Below, piece by piece: positions 1 through 15,908 of a stretch of DNA of 64,000 bases. The translations under genes and the position numbers were made by a program. The stretch spans positions 36,270,001 through 36,334,000 of the forward strand of contig OZ024751.1 in NCBI GenBank assembly GCA_964016885.1, in the 5' to 3' direction. Source of the stretch: Eledone cirrhosa (Eukaryota). The notes beneath the pieces were generated by a model that did no database searches, was not told the DNA's origin, and was given only the letters and a program-made list of their open reading frames with translations. Each line of letters opens with the position of its first letter. The stretch's first letter is position 1.

Positions 1-254
1 ACAAGAAGCTACTTCTGAAGAAATTCGCTACACGTTTCAATTAGATCTAATTATGATAATCTTAACTACAAATAGATATTCAATGATGACTTAATTATAC
101 TATTTACACATCAACTTGTTTTGTTTCCTCTTTTCAAGAAAATCAGAATTCTAGAGTTGTATTTTCATAGCAGAACAAAAACACCTCGTATACGTGTTAC
201 AGTAGATCTACCTACGGAGAGGAGTAGAGAGGATTATGTGGTTATGTTTACTTC

Positions 255-595
255 TGTGTGGCTGTGTGTACTAAATATATGGTTTTGTGGTTGTGTGGAT
301 GTGTGTGGTTGTGTGGTTGTGTGGCTGCGTGTACTAAATATATGGCTCTGTGGTTGTGTGGATGTGTGTGGTTGTGTGTAATAGTATATGGTTGTGTGGT
401 TGTGTGGCTGTGTGTACTAAATATATGGTTGTGTGGTTGTGTGGTTGTGTGGCTGTGTGTACTAAATATATGGTTGTGTGGTTGTGTGGTTGTGTGTGGT
501 TGTGTGGTTGTGTGGTTGCGTGGTTGTGTGGCTGTGTGTACTAAATATATGGTTATGTGGATGTGTGGATGTGTGTGGTTATATGTGGCGTTTTG
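255..595. repeat. GT-rich minisatellite
   Basis: (GTGGTTGT)n interspersed with GCTGTGTGTACTAAATATATG. Confidence 0.85.
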
Positions 596-741
596 ATTAG
601 TTCTGTTGCTATATGTGTTTGTATGGTTGTGTGTGATATTATGTGTCTGTAGATTTATGTAACTATGTATTCCTATTTCTTTCTCTCTACCTTTACCTAT
701 CTCATATATATTCTATCCAGCCCACGCAAGCTCCCCCCCCC

Positions 742-804
<63 letters not shown>

Positions 805-849
805 TATAGATATTTACATATAAATATGCACGTACATAATTATATATAT

Positions 850-915
<66 letters not shown>

Positions 916-1340
916 CATATACATATACATATATACATATATATGTGCGTGTGTGTGTGAGGGGGGAATGTGTGGAGGATTCTGCAATGTAGTTTACTGG
1001 GATTAGAAGTGGAAGTGTGGGATTGTGATCGTGTTGCAGTGTGGTAGTGTTGTAGTGTGGTAGTGCTGTAGTGTCGTAGTGTAATAGTATGGTAGCTTCA
1101 TAGTGTGATAGTGTTGTAGTGTAATCATCTGTATACAACACAATTTACTCTATCAATGGCTATTTCTGTCCAGTGAATAATTATTCAATACCATACTTTC
1201 AGATAACAATACTGTTTTCAAAGCTGTATCCTTTATCGTAATATTTTTTTTTATAAACAGTCAACTACAAGCAATAAATACAGGAATATTTCTGTATACA
1301 AAGAACCAGGATTGTAACATTCTGCGTAATTATACATACA

Positions 1341-1392
<52 letters not shown>

Positions 1393-1497
1393 AATATAGG
1401 CGTGTTTGTGTGAGTGCTTATGTGTGTGACTCTCTCTTTGTTCTTTGTTCTCATATATATATACTGTATATATATATATATACATACATATATATAC

Positions 1498-1673
<176 letters not shown>

Positions 1674-2164
1674 ATGTATGTATTAAATTCACATACATAT
1701 GATTGTGTGCTGACACTTTAGACGTAGACTATGAGATCAGGATCTATATTTGAACTTTGTTACATTATTAAACTCTCACAAATATAATAGAGACATTGTA
1801 GTGTTTATAGGTAGTTTATTTCATGTTTCTTTTAGATTATGTTTCAGGTTTTGAAGTCAATTGTTTCCTACTCATTATTTTCATTCACCTGTGAATATTT
1901 AAACATACGCACACAAGGAGGTGCATACGTATGTATATATTGGTATATTTTTCTACTCTCTTTTTCTCTCTTTTAATAGTATCTCTCTCTTTCTCTTCTA
2001 ATTTCCCTCACACTCATGTTACTTTTATGATGAAGGACTAAAACCCGATAGGTTAAAGTCTTTTCGTTTTACGTTTGATATAAATGTTAACATGTTGAGA
2101 TATTTCGTAGGTTTTTTCTTCGTTTCCTCTAGTCTCCGACGAATTTTTCTATGCTTATCTCTCA

Positions 2165-2214
<50 letters not shown>

Positions 2215-2228
2215 CTCGCTCTCTCTCA

Positions 2229-2259
<31 letters not shown>

Positions 2260-2610
2260 CATATATATATATGCAGAGAAAGGCAGAGAGAGATGGGGAA
2301 TATGGAAATGAAGATATTTCAGTATAAATCCACGAATTTGTGAAACCTGAAACGTCGGATTCTTTTCGTAATCTAGTTAAGTATTGAGCAACGATGTAGC
2401 AACGTCTAGAGTTTCGTGTATCTACATTCCCTGGATCGAAGTACACTTGCACTCCATGTCATCACTCAATATCATATTGGAATCCCTCTTACAACTTAAT
2501 GTAAAAACGATAGGCACGTATTTCTCTAATATAAGATGGATATTTATTGATCAGATCTCTCTCATTAAATTTTATTTGGTAACATAAATATAAAACATTA
2601 TATATCTATG

Positions 2611-2671
<61 letters not shown>

Positions 2672-2674
2672 CTC

Positions 2675-2706
<32 letters not shown>

Positions 2707-2728
2707 AATGTGTATATGTATCCATCTA

Positions 2729-2788
<60 letters not shown>

Positions 2789-3495
2789 CGCGCGCGCGCG
2801 CGCGCGTGTGTGTGTGTGTAACCAGATTGTTAATGAGGAGGGTTACTCTGTATGAAGAGAGTTAATTTATTATAATTGGTGTACAAGGAAAAAATCATCG
2901 CGGAAAGTTAAGTTTCATGGACTTATATAAGGCAGCAGATGTTTGTTGGTCATATCACCAGGCAAACTGTACAAAAAATGCCTTAACTCGATTTAGCGGA
3001 ATTTAGTGAGGAACCAGAAAATTTATAATTGGAGAAGGGGAGATAATTCCGGGACTATAATGATATAGATATATTCTATAACTACGAAATTGAGTAAATA
3101 TTGAGTGTGTGTTGATGGAAAAGGTGACAGTAGGTTATATATGTTGTGTGTTAAGTTATCTTAATGGATTGCCTACTGAAGATCATTGACTCTAGGATGT
3201 TACCTGCGATAGAGAGATAGACAGAAAGAGAGAAAGGGAGAGATTGGAGCCAACAAATATACAGCGAATAAGATGGCCTCGTTATTATGTGAAGAAAATG
3301 AATATCTATTTATTATTCATGAAATAAGTCAAACTACGCTGATTCCGTATGTGTGTGAGTGATTGTATACAAATATATAAGGTGTCCCCAACATATATAC
3401 TCACTCCAACAGCATTCTAATAAATATTGCCTGTACAGGTAATCAAAATGAGTATACACGCTCAGGAATATAAAGTGAAAGAAGACCTGGGAAGT

Positions 3496-3532
<37 letters not shown>

Positions 3533-3905
3533 CCCGAGAAAAGCCAGAAAGAAGCCCGATAGATATTGACTGATTGACTAAGGCCTGTGTATGTATGTTT
3601 TGGTCGAATTACTGTAAATATATCACCAATTGCTATTTATTCAATCATTTTGAATAATCTAAATTATGTTAACCATAAAACCTAGTTTTGCTTAGGCAGT
3701 ACTAAATGTCTAATCTAGAAATCATTGGCTATTGACTGAAATATTTTTAGTATTCACCTAAAAAGCGAGAAACTCCACCAGGGAATACAGAGGCTATTTA
3801 GAAAAGTAGGAATATGATTTTCATTCAAGTAAATTATTTCTAAACGTTGCACATAATTTTTCCCGTCTCGAAAATACCCATGAAGAAGCCAATGTAAATA
3901 ACTAC

Positions 3906-3991
<86 letters not shown>

Positions 3992-4699
3992 CGTGTGTGT
4001 GTGCGTGTGTGTGTGCAAGTAAATATGTATGTGTGTATGTAGGTAAGTAAGTATATCTCGTTAAAAATAAGGAAATATAAAAAATATATTTATAATCTGT
4101 AATGAGATTTTCTCTGCTTTTTAAGAAGCCATATTAGATTTTTTCCTAGTCTCTGGTAAAATAAGAGTAAAAAAATTAAATTGCCATGTATATCGTAATC
4201 TCGATATTTCGATTGAATTTATGTCAGTTCAATCTTTACACACATTATGTGGCCACATGATTCTACAAGTGGTATCTGTCTAGTCATATGAATTTTGTAG
4301 TTAACTTTCCTTCTACTCATTAACTTAATGTTATTAAGCCTTGGAAGTGTGATGACCCGAACGAGCTAAAATGTCTGACTAAAGTTATCATATTATTGAA
4401 ACTTTATCTCCCAAACGTTTAGAACTCTAGATAATAATTGAGTTGACTGATAAAATTAGATTTATATAATAGCAAAATCTTGTGTCCGTGCTCGTCTTTT
4501 GACGCCTTTTTAAGCGGAGTTGCCGAAATGTTTTTTGGACTCCTGTCCCCTCTCTTGTATAGGATTTATTTCAAGTGTAAATTGATCATAACTTCCGGTA
4601 CCCTTCGTGAGTCTTCGAGCATCTCTGTTGACTGTAGTAGGGCTTAAGTTAGATAACCACGAGTTTAGACTGACTAGTATTAGTACATACCCTTTCACC

Positions 4700-4945
4700 C
4701 ATCAATGAGAACACTGTGACCTCATATATCTCTCTACCTTCAGGTGTTGTTATTCTCCCACTTTTAAGTATTAACATTGTACATTTATTTATTCAGAATT
4801 GTATTCCTATAATAGAACACACTAGTCTTACCATTTGGTTTAATGACTCTAGTGCTTTCTCACATTTAGCTAACACTTTCAGATCATCCATAAAAATCAA
4901 GTGATTTATTATCTCACCATTTCTAAACTCGTAGTCCGCTGGGGT
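4700..4945 (-). pseudogene. Degenerate R4/Dong-type reverse transcriptase fragment
   Basis: Manual minus-strand translation ADYEFRNGEIINHLIFMDDLKVLAKCEKALESLNQMVRLVCSIIGIQF*INKCTMLILKSG matches INHLLFMDDLKLFGKSEKEL...QFGIGKCGVIVMKRG of the 42-kb element. Confidence 0.8.
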
Positions 4946-5104
4946 TTATGTTCCCATCAAACCTTCTCAAAATACTCAGCGGCCGCAACTTCTTTTTCCG
5001 TCTCTAAAGGTATTTAATCTAATCCCTAAGCTATTTTATAGCCCCTAACAGTACTTTACACTTATTTCCTGCACCTCAGCTTACTACATCTTCTATAAAC
5101 ATTA

Positions 5105-5600
5105 ACATTAGTCTTATGTTCATTGTGTTTTCACTGCATTACAGAGCACAGTTCTGTCTTCGTTAAGTTTATACTGCAATGGTTTTAGTGTTGTTTCTAA
5201 GGTATTGAGAGTTCTCTTCTCAATATGTGTGCAGTGTCTATTAGTGCTAACTGTTCTATGCTGTATATATATTTCTACGTCTTGGGGTTTTGGTTATGTA
5301 CCGGTTTGTGTGCTTTTTTTATAATGCCCAATAAACTCATTTTTATAAGGACATTTTCCGTTTTCATCATCCATATTCGGGTTATTTCTATCTCCAGACA
5401 TTTATATTTGGATAAAAGTTTGTCTTTGTGTTCTTTGACTATAATATCTGGTCGATCGGCTTTGATCTCCCTGTCAGTGTGTCTTGGTATATTCTAAATT
5501 ATGACGTTTTTACCATTCTCTGACAACTTTTCCAGTGTATGTCTGTAGCACCTTTTTCTGTTGCTATTTCGTAGTGTAGGAATAATTTCCAATATATGTA
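5105..5600 (-). pseudogene. Degenerate R4/Dong-type RLE domain plus 3' UTR (older family)
   Basis: Manual translation HTDREIKADRPDIIVKEHKD...SKYKCLEIEITRIW...LGIIKK...IEQLALIDTAHILRRELSI*, with stops and frameshifts. Confidence 0.75.
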
Positions 5601-5748
5601 AATCTCACCTCTATCATGTCTACGGATATATATATATATATATATTCTTTGTTTACTATGATCGGACAGTCAGAGACAATGTGGTTAATAGATTATTCTC
5701 CAACACTACTTATCATCATCATCATCATTATCATCATCATTATTATTA

Positions 5749-5803
<55 letters not shown>

Positions 5804-6187
5804 TGTTATTATTACTGTTATTATTATTGTTATTATTATTACCATTATTATGTAAGAAATTAATTACATCTAGATTTGCAATGGTCGACGAGATACTAAA
5901 TTTCTGCTCTAGTCGTTCATTTACTTCTACAACTAATGACTAATCTTGTTTTTAAATATTTGTTCATTGGTATACCAATATGTAAAGACAATTGTATCTC
6001 ATAGTCTACTGATAAATTATTAATTTATATTATCTATGACAACTATATTTCTATATTTCTTGCATCATAATTCATAACCATCGAAAGATTTCACTTCACT
6101 TTACGTAATCTCCGGGTGACAAACAGAATTAATGACTTATACATACATATATTATGTGTCGTATATATAGAGAGCATACATACGGAT

Positions 6188-6219
<32 letters not shown>

Positions 6220-6240
6220 ATATGTATGGTCTTGGTCTCT

Positions 6241-6296
6241 TAAACATATATAACTATTTCGACGTTTCGAACTTAACCGCTTCTTCAGTAAATTAG
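6241..6296 (-). ncRNA. Degenerate hammerhead-like motif next to (TA)n
   Basis: Reverse complement reads AATTTA CTGAAGA AGCGG...CGTC GAAA TAGTTA TA TATGTTT; the stems are imperfect. Confidence 0.35.
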
Positions 6297-6999
6297 ATTC
6301 AGAGAAAGGAATAGATAAAATGGTAAACATGATGCAATTAGAAACACATGTGCTATATAGATCACATCACATAGAAATATCTGTGTATGTATGAGAGAGG
6401 GGGGGGGGGGAGAGAGAGAGAGGAGAGAGTGAGAGATTGATTGGGAGTAAGCAATAGAGTAAGAGATTAATATGTAAAGACGGTCTGCGTGCGAGTAAAG
6501 TAAGCCAGCTCATAGAAAGGATATCTTGAGTTTCGTTTGTGTATTTCCTAACGTTACATAAAATATGTTGGTGTTAAAGGAACAGCTCACACAGTCCTTT
6601 ATAAAGGTGTGAAAATGCTCATGAGCATATGCAGAGAACCATAAAAAGTGTATAAATAATAATACGCAGAGATGTTTATTTATGGCAGCTGTAGACGAAG
6701 TTTTATAAAGCAGTATGTGATATTTTATTATTTAGTTTTCGAAATATCTTGAGTGTTAAATATAGTCTTCTTCTCTTCTATGGGAAAAATGTATAATAGC
6801 TGTCACTTTTGGAATGTCTAATGTCTCCTACATGCCTCGTACGTTTCCAAAGGCTTCCCTTGACTTTCAAAGCTATTTATTGACGGTTATGTCTTCTACA
6901 TAATATATACATATAGATACTCACATACATACAGACTGACATACATGCATATATATATATAAACATAAATCTATCTACATCTCCACAAACATATATACA

Positions 7000-7063
<64 letters not shown>

Positions 7064-7142
7064 CTGGTATTCCTGTCTCGTAGCTTTTTTGGTTTTGTAT
7101 ATATATACATATATATATATATATATACATTATATATGTATA

Positions 7143-7243
<101 letters not shown>

Positions 7244-7287
7244 TATATATTATATATGTTTATATATGAATATATATGTATATATAT

Positions 7288-7433
<146 letters not shown>

Positions 7434-8035
7434 TATTATATTATATATGTTTATATATGAATATATCTGAATATATATATATATATATAAAATATTCTAT
7501 GTTAAGAATTATATTTCTATTTTGCATGATTCCACCGTCATTTGTTGTAACACCTAGAGTACAGTCTTGGCGCCAATTAATACGCTCCAATACATACAAG
7601 ACAGATAATTTACATAAAAGTTTTATTTTTAGCTGTTTCAAAGCTTGTATTTAATATTGAATGTGACGTTAATAGACCAGTGTACAGCTTTGTAACAAAC
7701 GTAGTATTGGTTTCTAGTTGTTGTTGTTTTACTACTCACTAGTATTTGTTCTTGTTCTAGCTGTTGGTGGCCGTTGTTGTTTTTTTTCTTAGCTGTTGGT
7801 AGACTGTGTTGTTGCTACTGTTGTTGTGGTTGTCGTTGTTTTAGCTGTTGGTAGACTGTGTTGTTGTCGTAATTGTTATTTTAGTTGTTGGTGTTGTTGT
7901 TTTAGTTATTGGGTGGCTTTTGTTTTTGTGTTACTGATTTTAAATCTTTTTAAATCTCTTCATGCCATTTATTATTTCTCCTAGACTAACACACACATAC
8001 ACACATGCACACACATACACACACACTCATATACT

Positions 8036-8106
<71 letters not shown>

Positions 8107-8869
8107 TGACCTCTTCCTCGCACTCCCACTCACTCAGTCCCTGTTTCTCCCTTTCTTTCTTCCTCCCGTTCGCTGGGAAAACGGTTTTCATTCTTTCTAA
8201 CACCGGATTCACTAGCGAAAGGTCTGTTTTCTGACTCGCTCATATATTCACACAGCTTATGCTGAAAGAATAACTATGTTGCTTGTGTTTATTTCCATCT
8301 TCGGTTAGCTTCCCCCTGTGTTGTTTACTTGTCTCACTCGCTTTACGCGTTTCTATTGTCCTAATAACTTATTTTAGTTATTATCGCTCCAACGTGAGGT
8401 ATATGATTTTTAATGCGATGAAATACCCATGATCGTTTGGTAAATCACTGATGAGGGACTCATTTTATAACATGTTATCCATGTGCAACCAGCAGTTTTC
8501 TTCTCACCCATATTTTCATATATATATATATATATATATATTATAGTCAGAGAGGAGTATTAATTCAACTTGACTATCACTACGATGAACTGGCTTAAAC
8601 CAACTGTTGGAGAGACGTTAAGTTCTATTATTTTTAACCAATTTAAACATTTGATGCTGTCACGGAGACATTAAACTTACCACTGACGCTCCAACGAGTG
8701 AGGATGAGAAACCAATGGAGATACCTGCAACTGGTCTCATTCAATCTGTTAGAAATAGTAACCAAATCAACCTTAATTGTTCTATAGAGGGACTCACTGA
8801 ACATTACCTGTTTTTCGGAGACTTCCAAACTAATGACATTAAATTCTTCTCAGTTGGAAGCCATAGTTT

Positions 8870-8985
8870 AAATACTTGAAACACAATTGGTTTTTGATCG
8901 GGCTCTATACTTTCCGAATTCAAATCTCACCGAGCTAAGCTTTGTGTATTATGCTTTTGGGGTTGATAAATAAAGTACCAGGCCA
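8870..8985 (+). mobile_element. Degenerate family A SINE fragment
   Basis: GAATTCAAATCTCACCGAG...GGGGTTGATAAATAAAGTACCAG. Confidence 0.5.
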
Positions 8986-10227
8986 GACCGGCGCTGGACA
9001 GGTGGAAATATTCGAGCTTTCTCCATGATGATTTACAGAGCCCATTCTGCTCCTTAGTGATCTGAAAATAAAACTCTTCTCTTCTCACGGGAAAAATCTT
9101 TAAATTCTCTTTTTTTTTATGTATAATGCAGTGTTTAGATTTTGGTAGCAGTTGTGATTCAATTTGGATTATATGACTCGAGTCTCTATCATTAAAATAC
9201 CCGATAAACCTTCTCTGAGATGTAACCTCTTACAAAGTTAGCTAAATTTTCCCAAGTGTGAACAACTAGGACGAGAAAATCAACAGCTACTATTACTACA
9301 ACAACAACAACAGCAACATGTGTGGTAGGTCGCAATTGAAGTACATTCAGATGTGTGGGGGTTGCTTCAAGATTCTGCAGTATGCTGTAAAATAGGTCTC
9401 AATTATATTACATTCAATATTGTGTGAAATAGTACATCAAATGACTGCACAAAATGCTGTTGTTGTTGTTGTTGTTGCTGCTGCGTCTCTTTTAAGTGGA
9501 TATTACTTTATATTCCAATGCAGTAACACACACAAATATTTCAATATTTCCTACATAGATATATTTAAACCTAGACATGTCTCTTTCATATCAACCGAGT
9601 TCTTTAATCAGCCATTGCTTGCAACAGTGCTGCTGTTACTATTGTTGCTATCGTGTTTGTAGGTTTTATTGCCATTGTTGTTATCGTTGACTTTGTAATT
9701 TTAATTGTTGTTGTTGTTGTGGTTGTCGTCGCCGTCGTTGTTGTTGTGTTATCTGTGCCAAGTCTAGTTAAGTAGATCTATGGCAAGGAAGCGGACAATC
9801 AAATGTTTTAGTGGCTGCTTATATTCTTTCATCTTAATTTGCTATGAGTTGTAAATTTCTCTCTGACAAAGGGATGAAAGGATAAATCAACCTTAGTGAG
9901 GATTCGATTTTAAAAAGGAAAGAAAAAAAATGAAAATTGAAGACAAACTAATTAACTGGTGTGTCTAGACATACACTCAAAACCATAGACTTGCTCACTA
10001 AAGAAATGCAAATTGAATCACTATTGCCATCAAAATATAAACACTACACTATACATTAAAGAGAATTCAAAGATTGATGGAATAATACATTCTTTTATAA
10101 CATGAATATCACTGACCAATCAGTGATGTTGTTCTGTGTGTCTAAAGAATCACAAAATAGCCGCAAGAATCCGAGATGATTTGTGAAAGAGTCAAGACGT
10201 TTGACGTTTTTCAGGTTTTATCGACAA

Positions 10228-10275
<48 letters not shown>

Positions 10276-11316
10276 CAAGAATTTTTTTATAGAGAGAATA
10301 GAAGAGGTGGAGATAAACAAGTGACAGACTTGGAAATAATGTAAAAGAAGATTACTATTAGAGTCGATGTGAGTGATTAAATCGCTTGATGGTGTTGTCC
10401 CAGCATGGCCGCAATCTAATAACAGAAACCAATTAAAAAATATAAAAATAAAAGAAGTGAATAATAGAATAATAAAAGAAGTGAATAATAGAATAATAAA
10501 AGAATATAACTGTGTATGGGAAAAGATTGAGGCTATTGAATATATAAGGGTGGGCGTATTTTCTTTAGTTTATTTTGTTTTATAAATGGGTGTTCTTATT
10601 TCGAAGTTCAAAAGCTGTCGGTCTTTATTGACCGGGTCGACAATATAGAATCTAAACTACAATTCATAACCGAGAGAAAGAGAGAAAAAAATCTAGTTAA
10701 CTAGATTTTTTTTTATAATCCGGCAGAAGTATTCTACCATTGTGTCACAGAAACGTTCATTAAGTAATTACTAATTAGATGTGATCGTTCGATTGAGTAT
10801 TCATCGAAGGATTGTAAATCGATTTACTCAAATATCGTATACAGAAACAATGCTGTATTTCGTTGAAGGTGTTTAGGTCTTGTAAGGACTATATTTTATC
10901 ATTTTAGACTATGGCCATGCTGGAGTTTTTCCTTCAAAGGTTTTATTCGATCACATTGATTCAAGTACAGATTTGGTTACAGTATTCATCGAATCATTGC
11001 TTGAAGTCGATTTACAAAAGAGGGCTATAATTCAAAGTGACATTTTATACAGAATAGCGTATAGAAATGCACAAATAAACATACACACACACACAAATGT
11101 ACATAAACATACCAACATAACTGCATCAGGTAATTGTGTTAGTATCTGATTATACCACTTTAGTGCCTATTAATGATTTACAGAAAATTACTACATGGTA
11201 ATGCGTATAATGCAATAAATATAATTATGTAAACATAACACCTGTCTTAACAGTATTTTGTAAATGGAAACTCCGTCACGCTTAGTCGCCATCATAATGT
11301 TGGATATATTCGACTG

Positions 11317-11417
11317 ACGTAGAGTGCTTCTAAACTGCATAAACCGGATTATATATATATATATATATAAATATATATATATATAATCCGGTTTATGCAG
11401 TTAGAAACACTCTACGT
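11317..11417. repeat. ~35-bp inverted repeat flanking a (TA)n core
   Basis: acgtagagtgcttctaaactgcataaaccggatt-(TA)n-aatccggtttatgcagttagaaacactctacgt. Confidence 0.85.
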
Positions 11418-11562
11418 GGGTTTCATGCGTATGAAATCATCAGGAATGCCATGATTTTATACGAATGAAATAGTTCTTATCCTATAAAATCATTTTTATA
11501 TCAAATAGAGTACCTTTATTAATTTTGGTTTCCACCCGATTCCCAACCTGAATCAATCGGTA

Positions 11563-11650
<88 letters not shown>

Positions 11651-11986
11651 TAAATACATACACAATAACATACAAACGTAAAAAAGTAAGATTACTATTA
11701 TTTAGTATATTTTTTTAAAAAGCTGTCTTTATATAAAAGAATCAGTAATTTAATATGGTTGACACTTATCAGGGTTTTTTCCATGTTATTACGTATATAT
11801 ATAAACATATTTGGATTATGTCTGTTATGTGAATATTATTTACGAAAATATTACATAGACAAAATTGATTATATGTGTTGCCCGAAAGTGAAAGGATAAA
11901 AAGATTTTCAAATTATTTATATATATATTTTAAAATAAAGATTTCTGCCCGAAGCGCAAACATCTACTTATGAAAATTAATGTGGG

Positions 11987-12030
<44 letters not shown>

Positions 12031-12048
12031 AGTGTGTGTGTGTGTGTA

Positions 12049-12084
<36 letters not shown>

Positions 12085-12331
12085 CGTGTGTGTGCGTGTG
12101 TGTATGTGTGTGTGTAAGAGGAATGTTTCTATGTTGAATACGTTTATGAAAATGTCTGTTTATGTATAATTTTATGTGTATACATAATTATAGATGTGTA
12201 TATACACACCATTGGCATACATTATGACTAAACATATCAAGATAAAGAATTATTGCAGCATACCAGTAGATCACTTAGATCTATATATTGACACATATTT
12301 TCCTCGCCAAATATCATCTATGCCTACGTAA

Positions 12332-12415
<84 letters not shown>

Positions 12416-12425
12416 CCATGCATAC

Positions 12426-12555
<130 letters not shown>

Positions 12556-12645
12556 GTATATATATATATGTATATATATATATGTATATATATATGCAAC
12601 TACTTCATTCCATCTGCACTAATAGAACCGCCTTTTAACAGCCAC

Positions 12646-12707
<62 letters not shown>

Positions 12708-14294
12708 ACTACTTACGTGTGTGGGTATGAAATTTTATTTTTACTTCTCAGGTATACGTGTACTTACACCTACTTGTGTGCATGCATATATGTGTGTACG
12801 CTCGTATGTGTATATATATATATGTATGTATGTTTATATATATATATATATATATATAGGTGTGTTTGTGTGTGTGTGTATACGCGTGTGTGTCTGTGTG
12901 CGTATAACACATACATGTGTAGAAAGAGAACATTCCCTCTACTCTCTACGATGTTTCTTTTTCTCTTTTTCCTCTTTTTCTGCACCTATCAATGTGTAGC
13001 TAAATTTGTTTATATATATATATATATATGTGTGTGTATGCGTGTGAGTGTGTGTCTGTTTGTGTGTGTGTGGGGGTGGGGGGGGGTGTATGTGTGTGTG
13101 TGCGTGTGTATGCTTGTTCCTGCGTCTGTATGTATGTGTATGTGTGTGTAAATGTGTATGCCACTGTCAACACTACTACGATCATATTCGATGAAATATT
13201 CTAATACATCCAGACATCAAAACTTCGATACTTCAATACTTTTCAATATTACCAATACTTTAGTGAAACACATCAGTGATGAAGCCAGAGTTTTTAAAGG
13301 CCAATTCTACATTTTTGATGGCAATCATAACATCGGCTAAAATTTTATTTGATCATTTTAAACTGCAATCCTTAATCACATGAGGTCACGCATCCCCCGT
13401 CTTTTTGATCCGCTTCCTAACTTTCTTTGATCTTTCATCAATATGGCTACCAGTAAAACATATATTTTCATCTTATCGTCTGCCAGAATACCTACATTCT
13501 CCCATTACGTACTGACAGTGCATGGCGTACTGGTTTTTTGTTTTTATTATTCGTTTTATTACCTTATTTGATTTTGTTTGATTTCTTTCGTTTTGTTGTT
13601 TTTGTAGTTGTTTTTTTTTCGTTTTTTTTTCCAATATCCACACGTCATCAATCTGTTGTTAACTTGAATGTCTGAGAGTGTATATATGTGCATGGATATA
13701 TCGTGGAAGCGATATATATATATATGTGCGCGCGCGTGTGTGTGTGTGTGCGTATGTGTGTGAATATATATATGTGTATGTGCATATATGTGTGCGTGTG
13801 TATATATGTGTGTGTGTATGTCTGTGTATCTATGTATGTATGTATATGAATATATGTATGTACGGATGTACTGCTGTATGTGTATATTTATTGATATAGC
13901 TGTGTGTCTAAGTAGTCTAATTTTTCTTATGTAAGTGTATATATGAAGGTATGCATCCACACATACATAATGCATACATATACATACATACATACACACG
14001 CACACATACATACATATATATATGTGTGTGTGTTTGTGTGTGTGTGTGTCTGTGTGTCTGTGTGGATGTGTGAGTGTGTGTTGGATGTGAAGGTGTATAT
14101 ACTTGGATACACATATCCGTACGTCTATGAGTTATATAGCGGTGAGACCGCCATATTTGTATATTAAAGTAGAACTTGCAGATAGCCAATCACTTCTCGC
14201 TAAATACTTATCTCACACGACTCTGTGTTAGAATTACCATATCATATTATATGATAAACCAAGCTAATAAACATTATTATTACAATCTAGAATT

Positions 14295-14480
14295 GGCGGT
14301 GGATTGGCAGAATTGGTAGAGGGTTGGACGTGCTTTCCAGCATAGTTACGTTCCTTTAAGATCTGAGTTCAAATCCTGCCGAGGTTGACTTTGCCTTTCA
14401 TCCTTACGGGGTCGATAAAATAAAGTACCAGTAATACACTGGGATAATTGCTGGCCTCGTGCCAAAAGTAGAAACAATTA
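14295..14480 (+). mobile_element. tRNA-derived SINE (family A)
   Basis: A-box TGGCAGAATTGG, B-box GAGTTCAAATCC and body GCCGAGGTTGACTTTGCCTTTCATCCTTACGGGGTCGATAAAATAAAGTACCAG; recurs at 30 kb and 54 kb. Confidence 0.85.
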
Positions 14481-15002
14481 TATAACAATCATTACTCGCT
14501 TTGTCATGATGATAGTGATGATGTTGATGGTGGTGGTAATAATAATTAGTGAGAAAGGAGAGGGTAGACGTAGAGGTAGAGAGCTAGAGAGAGAGAGTGA
14601 GAGAGAGCGAGAGAGAGAGAGAGAGAGAGAGAGAGGAGGGTGTAAGTGAAAGAAAGAAAGGATAAGAGAAAAGAATGTGATAGGGAGAGACAGAGGAAGG
14701 TGTAGATAGTAAGAGAATAGAATTTAGTGACGACGAAGTGAGAAAGAGACAAATGGAGAGGTAAGGAGGGAATAATTCGGAAGGATGGTCACAGAAGGAG
14801 AGAATCATTTAAAGTGAAAGAATACGTAAAAGGACAAAAAACTGCTGTTATTAGTTATTGCAATAACGTGATTGATTACAGAAAAATTATCGATTAAATA
14901 ATCCTGATATCGATACGGTTGACTGACGATTTTGTCTATTATGATTTGAAACGGTGAATGAAATAAATAAATATGTATAGACATATATACATATATACAT
15001 AT

Positions 15003-15084
<82 letters not shown>

Positions 15085-15302
15085 TTTATTTTTATTCTCC
15101 TCTTGGTCGAGAAAAAAATTTGGTCGTTCTGACTGCTGCTAGTTATAGTGGTAGTAGACTGACCTCCCTGCCTTTGCTTCTATCTTTACACACGGCACTG
15201 GGCGGAATTGCTTCCACATCATTAATTCTCATCTCGGGAACAATTTTGAATAGCGCCAGTTCGTAATTTGAACTCGGGAATTTTATATTCTCCGAGTGAA
15301 AA

Positions 15303-15390
15303 GATCCTTCTGACGAAAGTTTATCTTTGCAATGGGAGGCTGCAAGGACTGTCCATTTATTTTTGAGACTCGAAACCGATTCGGTAAAGG
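15303..15390 (+). ncRNA. Type I hammerhead motif with a 3-bp stem III, in a unique island between (TA)n tracts
   Basis: CCTT CTGACGA AAGTTT...GAGACTC GAAA CCG-ATT-CGG TA AAGG; GUA cleavage triplet, 4-bp stem I, partly decayed stem II. Confidence 0.6.
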
Positions 15391-15655
15391 TAACCATAGT
15401 GAGTACAGCGAATTTTTTAGAATTTATTTTGAAACTTTTTCTTATTTGCTAAACCTTGATTATATATATATATATAGATATATATATTTACGGGATAACA
15501 AATTATTGTTGTCGGTAGTCCACTTAGATGTAGTCCAGTTAGGGTACTCGGAGTAGTGGATAGTATCAACGCTTGGCTAAGTTTGACTCAACAATCGTCT
15601 CCATAGTGATGCTGCGAGTACTGCGAGCAAACCGTGTCACTCTTCTTTCTTGATT

Positions 15656-15686
<31 letters not shown>

Positions 15687-15908
15687 GTGTGTGTGCATAT
15701 ATCTGCTTTTCTGTTGATTTCTTTCGAATGAAACAGTTCTAGTCCTGTAAAAGCCATTTCTATATTATATTTGATCTTTACACTCTACTAATGTATTGAG
15801 TACCTTACTTACATACGATGTATGATGTAGCGAAGTTCCAATTAAAATATTTTAAATTATGTATATGTGTGTGTGTGTATATATGTGTATGTGTCCATCA
15901 CTATCTTT

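Noticed and set aside
14295-14380. tRNA gene
   Set aside because: A and B boxes are present but there is no cloverleaf; it is a SINE head.
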